DNA from: Nitrosomonas europaea
GTDB taxonomy: Bacteria; Pseudomonadota; Gammaproteobacteria; Burkholderiales; Nitrosomonadaceae
Direction of reading: 5' to 3'
Length of the DNA: 18,268 nt
Assembly: GCF_900167395.1 (NCBI RefSeq)
Contig: NZ_FUWK01000047.1
Location: forward strand, 1-18,268
The first letter of the stretch is position 1. Every line of letters starts with the position of its first letter. The notes under the pieces were generated by a model. It made no database searches and had not been told where the DNA came from. It saw only the letters and a program-made list of their open reading frames with translations. This document shows, piece by piece, positions 8,704 to 16,776 of this stretch. Made by a program: the position numbers and the translations under genes.

Positions 8704-9631
8704 CGATCAGACCTGCTTCGATCAATCCCTGCTTCAGATTTTCTGCAGCTTCGATCTCCATACGCTGCCGGGTTTCTCGCGCCAGTGAGCCGATATGGGA
8801 AGTCAGTATCGCCTGTTTACATTCGCATAAAGGCCCGTGATAGGGTTCCTGCTCAAAACTGTCCAGAGCAGCAGCTTCGAGATGGCCGGTATTCAGTGCT
8901 GCACACAAGGCAGTTTCATCGACCAGCCCGCCACGGGCGGCGTTGATGAGGATCGTTCCCGGTTTCATACGATCAATGGCTTCGGCATCGATCAAATAGT
9001 GAACTGCCGGGGAATAAGGCAAATGAAGGGTAACGAGATCAGCCTGTTCGAGCAGGGTAGTCAGTGCAACGAGTTCGACGCCGTCAGGCGCCAGTTGCAA
9101 ATGGGGGTCATGCGCGATGACCTGTGCGCCGAATGCCTGACATAATTTCGCAACTCGCCGTCCGATATGGCCGAGCCCGACGATGCCGACTGTGCGTGCG
9201 GCCAGCAGCCTTCCTTGTGAACGAGGCCATTCCCCCTGGCGTACGGAGCGGTCGATACGGTTGATCTGGCGCAGGCAGTCGAGCATCAGCCCCAGTGTCA
9301 GTTCTGCAACAGCCTGTGCCGGGGCCTCAGGTGTGTTGGAAACTTGGATGTTCAGCCGCCGGGCAGCTTCCAGATCGACATTATCCATGCCAGTGCCGCA
9401 GCGCGCGATGACGCGCAAAGCACTGGCGCTTGTCAGCACATGTTCCGTAAGCGGTTCGACTCCTGCCAGCAGGGCAACGGTGTCATTGCCCAACAGGGTG
9501 ATGATTTCATCTTCGGTGAGTTTGCGCTGGTAAGGATTGCCGGTGATGGTGAAACCTTGTGCGCGCAGCTGCTGTATGGCCGGATTATGATCGAAGCCGA
9601 AAGATGAAGTGGAAACGACGATTTTACTCAT
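8696..9631 (-). CDS. D-isomer-specific 2-hydroxyacid dehydrogenase (phosphoglycerate-dehydrogenase-like)
   Basis: GIVGLGHIGRRVAKL (NAD binding), LINAARGGLVDE and SHIGS (catalytic His region) are present. Its start overlaps the aldolase stop by 4 nt. Confidence 0.85.
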   Translation of the reverse strand: MSKIVVSTSSFGFDHNPAIQQLRAQGFTITGNPYQRKLTEDEIITLLGNDTVALLAGVEPLTEHVLTSASALRVIARCGTGMDNVDLEAARRLNIQVSNTPEAPAQAVAELTLGLMLDCLRQINRIDRSVRQGEWPRSQGRLLAARTVGIVGLGHIGRRVAKLCQAFGAQVIAHDPHLQLAPDGVELVALTTLLEQADLVTLHLPYSPAVHYLIDAEAIDRMKPGTILINAARGGLVDETALCAALNTGHLEAAALDSFEQEPYHGPLCECKQAILTSHIGSLARETRQRMEIEAAENLKQGLIEAGLIDE

Positions 9632-10389
9632 ACAGGCGCTTTGATGATGTTCAGATGGTTACGGCAGAGAGAATCGAGCATGCGGATATCCAGACTGTAT
9701 CCCAGAAAGGTGAAACCCTGTTCGATACGCTGTTGCAGCATGGCCGGATCGGGTTCGATGACATGAACTCCGCCTGCCTTGTGATGACGGATTCCGGCCT
9801 GGAGTATCTGCCGGATGGCCGCCTGGACATCAGGATGCTCCAGCTCACCCGGTCGTCCCATCGACCCTGACAAATCATAGGGGCCAATGATATAGGCATC
9901 GATACCGGGGGTGGACAGAATCGCATCGATATCTTCGATGGCCTGGATATGTTCGATCATCGCGATGACGACGGCGTTGTCACGCAACCATTGCCGATAT
10001 GCCTGAAAAGCTGAACCGTAGCCCTGAGCGCGTGCCAGCCCCACACCGCGGGTGCCTTCAGGCGGGTAATAAACGGCATTGACTGCAGCACGGGCATCTT
10101 CCGCGGATTTGATCATGGGTACCATGATCCCGCTTGCACCGGCGTCCATGACACGTTTGATCTGATCGGGGTGATTGGAAGTCAGCCGCACGATGGCCGG
10201 ACATTGCTGTCCATCCAGTACCTGAATGATGGCCTGTACTTCACTGAGTTCCAGCACACTGTGTTCAGTATCGAGCACGAGCCAGTCGAAACCGGCTTTG
10301 GCCATGATTTCGGCAATCGAGGGATGACCTAGGGTGATCCATGAACCGATGGTCAGTTCGTGGCGGGCGAGTCGGGTTTTTAATGACAT
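9628..10389 (-). CDS. HpcH/HpaI family class II (metal-dependent) pyruvate aldolase
   Basis: The protein is 253 aa. GSWITLGHPSIAEIMAKAGFDWLVLDTEHS, MVPMIKSAEDA, PEGTRG and IGPYDLSGSMG match 2-keto-3-deoxy-acid aldolases of the HpaI/GarL/RhmA type. Confidence 0.8.
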   Translation of the reverse strand: MSLKTRLARHELTIGSWITLGHPSIAEIMAKAGFDWLVLDTEHSVLELSEVQAIIQVLDGQQCPAIVRLTSNHPDQIKRVMDAGASGIMVPMIKSAEDARAAVNAVYYPPEGTRGVGLARAQGYGSAFQAYRQWLRDNAVVIAMIEHIQAIEDIDAILSTPGIDAYIIGPYDLSGSMGRPGELEHPDVQAAIRQILQAGIRHHKAGGVHVIEPDPAMLQQRIEQGFTFLGYSLDIRMLDSLCRNHLNIIKAPV

Positions 10390-10408
10390 GGGAATTCCGG
10401 TCAGTATG

Positions 10409-11167
10409 TCAGTATTTTCGGTATTCAGCCAGCAGCGGATCAGTGGCCATCAACCCTGCGACACGTATCAGATCAGCTTCGGTATCGACTGCCTGCGTGT
10501 CATGACTGGTTTCCACCATTCTGACATGATGGCCATGCTCCATCAGGCGCAGCATATCGATCGATTCAAGTTGTTCCAGCGGCGTGGGTGGCAGCTGACT
10601 GTATTCAATCAGGCAGGTGCGCGTAAATGGAATGATACATACCTGCTTGTAGACAGCAGTTGCGCCAAAGCCGCCGGGAGCCAGTGTCGGAATCGGCTGG
10701 CGGGTCATGTACAGTGCATTTCCCTGCTGATCCATGACGACCTTGATGGTATTGGGATTGCGAAAATCGGTTTCATCGTCGATACGTCGTGTCAGATTGA
10801 CGCATTCCAGTTCCGGATCAGTGTGGAAAGGTGCCACGGCGGTATCGATCATGGCAGGGTGAACCATTGGTTCATCTCCCTGCACCATGACGATCAGATC
10901 GGCATCGGTGTGTGCGACGGCTTCCGCGATGCGGTCGCTGGCCCGTTCGTGACTGTCGGAGGTCATGATGACGGGCGCTCCAAAGGCGGTTGCGGCCTGC
11001 CGGATCGTTTCATCGCAGGTGGCGATATAAGTCGCACTGAGCGACTTGCTCATAGCAACACGCTGGTAAACATGCTCCAGCATGGTGTACCCCAGCAGTT
11101 GGGCCAGCGGTTTGCCGGGAAAGCGTGATGAGCCCATGCGTGCCGGAATGATGGCGATTGTTTTCAT
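10409..11167 (-). CDS. KdsB-like 3-deoxy-manno-octulosonate (ulosonic acid) cytidylyltransferase
   Basis: From ATG 11167 the protein reads MKTIAIIPARMGSSRFPGKPL...VQGDEPM...NPNTIKVVMDQQGNALYMTR...LEQLESIDMLRLMEHG...VDTEADL. It is colinear with E. coli KdsB and has 252 aa. The 28 codons upstream in the listed ORF are not family-like. Confidence 0.8.
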   Translation of the reverse strand: MKTIAIIPARMGSSRFPGKPLAQLLGYTMLEHVYQRVAMSKSLSATYIATCDETIRQAATAFGAPVIMTSDSHERASDRIAEAVAHTDADLIVMVQGDEPMVHPAMIDTAVAPFHTDPELECVNLTRRIDDETDFRNPNTIKVVMDQQGNALYMTRQPIPTLAPGGFGATAVYKQVCIIPFTRTCLIEYSQLPPTPLEQLESIDMLRLMEHGHHVRMVETSHDTQAVDTEADLIRVAGLMATDPLLAEYRKY

Positions 11168-11351
11168 GATTGTGAATTCGGGTGGGTAACTGAATTTACA
11201 GAATGTAATGAAGCAAGTGGAATAGGTCCTGTCAGCAAGATGAATGAACACTGCTGTAAAGTGCCGGGTAGGAACGTTGTGTACTTTTATAATGATGCAT
11301 TTTTGCAGGTATCATATTTCCCCCGCCAATGCGTGGCATGATAACACAGCT

Positions 11352-12644
11352 ATGAAAGCCTTATTTTTTCTGCGCCACTATAACGATATCGATCATATAA
11401 CACCGGTTATCACTGCATGGGTCGAAGCTGGCCATACATGTGATGTAGTACTGATCGGGGCCGGCAAGTTTCGTCATGATTTCCGTGTCAGCTACCTGGC
11501 AAGTCTGGAAGGTGTCAGGGTAGCGCATATTCGGGAGTTGCTGGGAGGGTGGCTTTACGGCACCTGGCGGTTGCAGATGCTGTTGCTGACAGGAAATTTG
11601 CGCCGATCATTCATTGGCCCGCTCGTAAGCCGTCTGGCGGAGATCCATAGTGCTGAGCGGCGTAAACCATTGTGGCAAAAAGTTACCAGGATACTGCTGG
11701 CCCGCAGCTTCAAGGATGGGGAACAGGGCGTGTTGGCGTTCGACTGGATTGAACGTAATTCGGTCATTGCGACAGAGTGGGTGGAGACGATCGTTTCCAT
11801 GGCGCGTGACCGGGGAGTAGGCACGGTATCATTGCCGCACGGCGACAGCCCGCATGCCAATCAGTTGATTCGGCGGGGTGAGTGGCGGTTGGGACCGGAT
11901 ATGACCTTTTCAACTGCGCGCATTTTCGATCGGGTAGTGGTTCCAAACGAATTGTGTGCACAACGTTTCCGTCCGTTTCTGCCGGAGAATGCAATCGCCG
12001 TGCTTGGTTCCCCCCGTTTCAGTAAAAAATGGCTGGACAGGCTGACTGAATTGATGCCACCTTCGCCGTTGACTCCACCAGAGGATCGGCTCAGGATCGT
12101 GATATTTCTGAGAAAAGCAAACTTCACTACTTTCTGGGAGGAAGTAAGTGAGGTCATTCATCTGATCGCCGCTTTTCGTGATGTGGAAATCATCATCAAG
12201 CCACATACCCGCAGTGGCTGGAAACAGTCTCTGACACGCAGCAAATCACTGAAAAAACTGGCGAACGTAAAAGTGGCGGATGATTCCGTGCATTCCACCT
12301 ATCTCATGAACTGGGCAGATATATGTATCGACCTGGCAACTTCGGTGGTATTCGAAGCGATACGCTGTGGCAAGCCTGTGCTGGCAGCAGATTATCTGCA
12401 CGCCGGGCGCTCTGCCGCTGCTGTTTATATGCCGGAAACAGAATTACGTTGTCGGGATGATGTATATCAGAAAATCAGTGATGTTCTCGCTAAAGGTCGT
12501 GATGGGTTTTATGTGGAAGCACATCGGCAACGGTTCATCAGCGAAATGCTGGATGTCGGTGGGCAGGATGTATTGTCGCGATATGTGATGCTGCTGGAAG
12601 CCATTGGACAGGGGCAGGCAGAAAGTTTACTTCGGAAAAACTAA
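11352..12644 (+). CDS. hypothetical protein, possibly a GT-B-fold transferase (function not established)
   Basis: It spans 430 codons from ATG 11352 (MKALFFLRHYNDIDHITPV...), on the opposite strand from the KdsB-like gene. The C-terminal half has a beta-strand-PH-x-R element (IIIKPHTRSG) and DLATSVVFEAIRCGKPVL. These resemble the nucleotide-sugar-binding half of WaaA, KpsC, TagF and sialyltransferase-type GT-B enzymes, but I do not confidently recognise a family. Confidence 0.5.
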   Translation: MKALFFLRHYNDIDHITPVITAWVEAGHTCDVVLIGAGKFRHDFRVSYLASLEGVRVAHIRELLGGWLYGTWRLQMLLLTGNLRRSFIGPLVSRLAEIHSAERRKPLWQKVTRILLARSFKDGEQGVLAFDWIERNSVIATEWVETIVSMARDRGVGTVSLPHGDSPHANQLIRRGEWRLGPDMTFSTARIFDRVVVPNELCAQRFRPFLPENAIAVLGSPRFSKKWLDRLTELMPPSPLTPPEDRLRIVIFLRKANFTTFWEEVSEVIHLIAAFRDVEIIIKPHTRSGWKQSLTRSKSLKKLANVKVADDSVHSTYLMNWADICIDLATSVVFEAIRCGKPVLAADYLHAGRSAAAVYMPETELRCRDDVYQKISDVLAKGRDGFYVEAHRQRFISEMLDVGGQDVLSRYVMLLEAIGQGQAESLLRKN

Positions 12645-12671
12645 ATAAACGATGCAATCTTGCAGGGTGCG

Positions 12672-13453
12672 ATGGGTAATCTATTCTCGATTGGTTTTCT
12701 GAAAAACCTGGTGGTAGCAGGTTATGTAGTCAAGGGGGGTACTAAAACTGTTCGTGTCAGAGGCTATCCGATACGGTTGACGGTGGATCACTGGCGTGTA
12801 CTCAGACGTATTCGTACTTATTCCATCAAAGAACCGGATACGCTGGACTGGCTTGACAATATCGAGCCTGGTTCATGTTATTTCGATATCGGTGCCAATA
12901 TCGGCCAATACTCGCTTTATCCAGCCATAAAATTGGGTCATGACATTCGTATTTTTGCCTTTGAGCCGCAGAGTAATAATTACTATGCGTTGAATAAGAA
13001 TATTTATCTGAATGATTTGAAGGACCTGATTACCGCGTATTGTGTAGCGATAGGCGGTACAAACGGTTTCGATAAGTTATATGTACCCAAATTCATTCCT
13101 GGCGGAACCGTTCGCAATTCGGACAGGAATCCATAGATGCTATGCGAGCACCGACTTCCCATATTCAGGGAATGTTTGGCGTGACGCTGGACGATTTGTG
13201 CGGTAGATGGGGGTTTCCGTATCCCAATTATATTAAGATCGATGTCGATGGTATTGAAATCCCGATTCTTAAAGCAGCCACAAGTGTTTTGAAACACCCC
13301 AATCTTCAATCTGTCATCGTCGAATTAGGGACAGATGCTGAGCAGCAGGCGGCTTCGGATATCATGCAACAGGCCGGTCTGAAATTAAAGACAAAGACCA
13401 CCCGGAACTGGGGTGAAACATGTTGTTTGTTTGAACGGAATCCAGCGGCATAA
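12672..13453 (+). pseudogene. FkbM-family SAM-dependent methyltransferase, split by a frameshift near 13076-13136
   Basis: ORF 12660..13136 carries the FkbM N-terminal motifs CYFDIGANIGQYSLY and FAFEPQSNNYYAL. ORF 13142..13453, in a different frame, carries the C-terminal motif YIKIDVDGIEIPILKAA. The second frame is open back to 13076, so a single indel would explain the split. Confidence 0.7.
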
Positions 13454-13514
13454 TGTTTATGCATAGGGTATTAATCATTACAAAAAATGGATCAGGTGAC
13501 CCGGCAGGCTTATT

Positions 13515-14795
13515 TTGAGAAATCAGATTGTATTGAATTGGCGTGATCTGCTGGCAAAGTTTGCGCTGGTATTTTTTTGTTTCACACTGTGGCCAAAAGG
13601 GGTGATTTACTGGGGAATGGGTATGCTGGTTATTGCCTGGCTGGCAGATGGGGGGATATCCAGACTCTCCGATCTGATTAAAGAACCCTTAGCTCTGGGC
13701 GTCCTGTTGTTTTGCGGTGTATGGGTGCTTGGCCTGTTATGGAGCGATTCCGCAGTGATTTTCCAGGGAAAGTGGAGAAAATATTTTATCCTGTTGACGT
13801 TCATCCCTCTGTTCTCCCTTTTAAGCAGGGAACGTTTACCCTGGGTGACTGGAGCACTGCTTTGCAGTTATCTGGGTATGGTGATACTGGGCAGTTATCA
13901 ATGGGCAATGCAGGAAATGCAGGGAATTTCCTTGCTTGGCATGTCCTATTTACACTATTCGGCAGCCTTGGGAATTGGTGTCATTCTGGCGGTTTTTCTG
14001 GGTTGGGAAACATTATCGAGAGAAAAGAGATGGTTGTCGGTTCTGTCATGGCTGATAGCCATATTGCTGTTATTTCTCCAGTTCAATCAGAGTGCGAGAG
14101 GGATACTGCTTGCCACCCTGATGGCACTGTTACTGATGATCGTTTTGCGATACCGGGCGGAATGGAGAATGCTGACGGGCGGTTTGACTGCAATCATGGC
14201 CATGGTCATCTTGTTTGCCACCAGCAGTGATATTTTTCATGACAGGCTGCAGCAGGCTGGCACAGATTTGCGATCTTTCCAGCAAGGGGACTATCAAACC
14301 AGTGTGGGTTACCGGCTTGCAATGTGGGATGTCGGCCTGCATGGCATTGCTGAACATCCGTTGCTGGGACATGGCTCCGGTATGGCAAAAAAGTATTTTG
14401 ATGACAGCATCATCACTTATAAGCAGGGAATCTACAGAAATCTGCCGGAGTTTCAGGAAACTGCACATTTCCACAATGAATTGATCGAGATTGGTATGCA
14501 TCTCGGGTTGCTGGGTATACTGGCCTTCGTGTTTTTACTATGGTGCTGGTTTCAGATTTTCAGGCAAAACCGGATGGCCTTGTTAGGTAGTGCAATCGTG
14601 TGTTTCATTTGCATATCCGGATTGACTGATACTTTTTTGTTATACAGTGGAACTCCGCCATTTCTGCTGACAGTGACAGCCATAGCCGTTTGTTGGCGGA
14701 AATACAGGGAAGACCCTGACAGAATCGGGCAGAAATATACGAGCGGTGAGAGGAATGGAAATCAGAATCCGCAAATGTTTTTGATGAGTGCCTGA
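13515..14795 (+). CDS. O-antigen ligase / polymerase family protein (Wzy_C domain)
   Basis: This is a polytopic membrane protein with NQSARGILLATLMALLL, a large periplasmic loop, and AHFHNELIEIGMHLGLLGILAF (the H-x-x-N-E motif of WaaL/Wzy_C proteins). The start is uncertain: 13515 is a TTG without an obvious SD. Confidence 0.75.
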   Translation: MRNQIVLNWRDLLAKFALVFFCFTLWPKGVIYWGMGMLVIAWLADGGISRLSDLIKEPLALGVLLFCGVWVLGLLWSDSAVIFQGKWRKYFILLTFIPLFSLLSRERLPWVTGALLCSYLGMVILGSYQWAMQEMQGISLLGMSYLHYSAALGIGVILAVFLGWETLSREKRWLSVLSWLIAILLLFLQFNQSARGILLATLMALLLMIVLRYRAEWRMLTGGLTAIMAMVILFATSSDIFHDRLQQAGTDLRSFQQGDYQTSVGYRLAMWDVGLHGIAEHPLLGHGSGMAKKYFDDSIITYKQGIYRNLPEFQETAHFHNELIEIGMHLGLLGILAFVFLLWCWFQIFRQNRMALLGSAIVCFICISGLTDTFLLYSGTPPFLLTVTAIAVCWRKYREDPDRIGQKYTSGERNGNQNPQMFLMSA

Positions 14796-14825
14796 CCGTG
14801 CAGATTTCCCGGATTTTCACTGCTG

Positions 14826-15488
14826 ATGAACCGGATAGTATTGATGATTGTTGACCCGATCATCGAACATTACATGCACACACTGGCGAGACGGTCTGAT
14901 CACCCGGTTCTCGATGAGATGGAAGCGTTTGCGCTGGAAAAAAGTTTCCCGATCGTCGGCAGGCTTGTCGGCATCTCGCTGGAGATTTACGCAAAAATGA
15001 TTGGAGCGCGCAGGGTTTTCGAGTTTGGCAGCGGGTATGGGTATTCTGCCTACTGGTTTGGCAGGGCAGTCGGGCCTGGTGGGCAGGTTGTCTGTACGGA
15101 TAGTAATCCGCTCAATCGGGAACAGGCGGAACAATACCTCGCTGCTGCCGGGTTGTGGGAGAGGGTGAGGTTCTGTACAGGCTATGCTCAGGACATATTT
15201 GGCCAGACAGATGGGAATTTCGATATCTGCTACAACGATGCCGATAAAGGGGGGTATCCCGATATCTGGCTGATGGCCCGAGAACGAATCCGCTCTGGTG
15301 GTTTGTATATTGCCGACAACGTATTGTGGCATGGCTGGGTCGCTGTGGAAGATTCTGCAGATGCCAAACCGGACTGGACAAAAGCAATCAGAGAGCATAA
15401 CCGGTTGATTTTGACAGACCCGGAGTTTGATGCCTTTATCAACCCAACCCGTGATGGCGTTATCGTGGCACGTAGAAAAATGGCATAA
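14826..15488 (+). CDS. class I SAM-dependent, cation-dependent O-methyltransferase (family 3, caffeoyl-CoA OMT-like)
   Basis: VFEFGSGYGYSAYWF (SAM motif I), YNDADKGGYP and IADNVLWHG (D/D/N metal ligands) are present. The start could be 14826 or ATG 14844. Confidence 0.8.
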   Translation: MNRIVLMIVDPIIEHYMHTLARRSDHPVLDEMEAFALEKSFPIVGRLVGISLEIYAKMIGARRVFEFGSGYGYSAYWFGRAVGPGGQVVCTDSNPLNREQAEQYLAAAGLWERVRFCTGYAQDIFGQTDGNFDICYNDADKGGYPDIWLMARERIRSGGLYIADNVLWHGWVAVEDSADAKPDWTKAIREHNRLILTDPEFDAFINPTRDGVIVARRKMA

Positions 15489-15532
15489 TAGGTCAGTATT
15501 CGGCCGTTTCTGTTTTTTTACCATTTCTTGTC

Positions 15533-15538
15533 AAGGAG
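15533..15538 (+). promoter_or_regulatory. Shine-Dalgarno sequence AAGGAG for the DUF2024 gene
   Basis: AAGGAG lies 8 nt upstream of ATG 15547. This supports choosing 15547 rather than the 15427 start of the listed ORF. Confidence 0.5.
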
Positions 15539-15546
15539 AGTTTTTC

Positions 15547-15804
15547 ATGCAAATTCATGTATACGATACCTATGTCAAAGCCAAAGACGGGCATGTTATG
15601 CATTTTGATGTATTCACTGATGTCAGGGATGACAAAAAGGCTATTGAATTTGCAAAACAATGGCTTTCTTCGATCGGAGAAGAAGGGGCAACCGTAACCA
15701 GTGAGGAATGTCGCTTCTGCCACAGCCAGAAAGCACCTGATGAGGTGATTGAAGCAATTAAACAGAATGGCTACTTCATTTATAAAATGGAAGGATGTAA
15801 CTGA
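15547..15804 (+). CDS. DUF2024 family protein (85 aa)
   Basis: MQIHVYDTYVKAKDGHVMHFDVFT...EECRFCHSQ...GYFIYKMEGCN matches my recollection of the DUF2024 family. It has a strong SD. Confidence 0.6.
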   Translation: MQIHVYDTYVKAKDGHVMHFDVFTDVRDDKKAIEFAKQWLSSIGEEGATVTSEECRFCHSQKAPDEVIEAIKQNGYFIYKMEGCN

Positions 15805-15875
15805 TAAACCACGGGTAAACGGCCCGCACCCGGATGTCGGGCCAGACTATGCCGATAATTATGGAGTCTGATGCA

Positions 15876-16394
15876 ATGAGACGGATATTCGCAAAAGTAC
15901 TGATGCTGTCAGCCGTTTCTTTTATGACAAGTAATCTGGTACAGGCTGCTGATCCTGAGGTAATCGGGGAGTTCGATGACTGGATTGCCTATGTTTACAC
16001 GGAAGACAGCAGCAAGGTTTGTTATATGGTTGGCAAGCCTAAGAAAGAGGAAGGCAACTATACTAAGCGTGGAGCAGTTTATGCACTGGTTACGCACCGT
16101 CCTGCCGAGAAAAGTAAAAATGTGTTCAGCTTTGTTGCGGGCTATCCTTATAAGCAGAGCAGTGAAGTGACGGTCAGCATTGGTAATCAGCGTTTCAAAC
16201 TGTTTACCCAGAATGAGACTGCATGGGCGCCTGATTCGGCAATCGATAACAAACTGGTAGCAGCGATACGCGGAGGCAGTCAGATGGTGGTAAGTGGAAC
16301 TTCCTCGCAGGGAACGGCCACAACCGATACTTTTGGTCTGAAAGGATCAACTGCAGCCTACACTGCTATTTCCAAAGAATGTGGGATCAAGTGA
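15876..16394 (+). CDS. secreted IalB-like (invasion-associated locus B family) protein
   Basis: A signal peptide MRRIFAKVLMLSAVSFMTSNLVQA/ADPE is followed by FDDWIAYVY...KVCYMV and a C-terminal FGLKGSTAAYTAISKEC, the pattern seen in IalB-family proteins. The start was chosen at the Met preceding the signal peptide. Confidence 0.5.
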   Translation: MRRIFAKVLMLSAVSFMTSNLVQAADPEVIGEFDDWIAYVYTEDSSKVCYMVGKPKKEEGNYTKRGAVYALVTHRPAEKSKNVFSFVAGYPYKQSSEVTVSIGNQRFKLFTQNETAWAPDSAIDNKLVAAIRGGSQMVVSGTSSQGTATTDTFGLKGSTAAYTAISKECGIK

Positions 16395-16403
16395 GATGGA
16401 TAC

Positions 16404-16751
16404 ATGGGCGATAAAATAACCATTTATCAGAAACCAACCTGCAGCAAGTGCCGTGAAGCTTTGTCCATTCTCAAAGAAAGTGGCAGAGAGTTTGATAGTA
16501 TCAATTATTATGACGACCGGCTGACGGTCGAAGTGTTACGTGAGCTCGTGCGTAAACTGGGTATTTCGGTGAGAGATCTGTTGCGTGCAGATGAACCGCT
16601 TGCTAGAGGTACGGAATCAGTGGATGACGATGAGCTGTTACGGCTGATGGCGGCAAATCCTGATCTGATTCAACGCCCGATCGTCGTTCGGGGTGACAGC
16701 GCAGTACTGGGACGACCACCAGAAAGAATAAAAAAGCTGCTGGATAACTGA
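16404..16751 (+). CDS. ArsC/Spx/MgsR-family (thioredoxin-fold, arsenate-reductase-like) protein
   Basis: ITIYQKPTCSKCREAL (an N-terminal CxxC as in Spx-type members) and LIQRPIVV are present. At 115 aa it is colinear with ArsC-family proteins. Confidence 0.75.
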   Translation: MGDKITIYQKPTCSKCREALSILKESGREFDSINYYDDRLTVEVLRELVRKLGISVRDLLRADEPLARGTESVDDDELLRLMAANPDLIQRPIVVRGDSAVLGRPPERIKKLLDN

Positions 16752-16776
16752 GTTAAGACTGACTCAATAGCTTATT

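Noticed and set aside
11168-11351. Extensions of the two divergent ORFs (10409..11251 and 11244..12644) that would overlap each other, plus a perfect TATAAT at 11288-11293.
   Set aside because: Family-consistent starts are at 11167 (MKTIAIIPAR) and 11352 (MKALFF). The TATAAT has no acceptable -35 at 16-18 bp spacing (cgggta or similar) and no TG extension, so I do not call a promoter.
15821-15843. A GGCCCG...CGGGCC hairpin after the DUF2024 gene, and a T7 run at 15513-15519 after the OMT gene, considered as possible terminators.
   Set aside because: The first hairpin has only a 6-bp stem and no following T-tract. The T7 run is preceded only by a weak, interrupted stem with a loop of about 18 nt. 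Neither meets the usual criteria for an intrinsic terminator.
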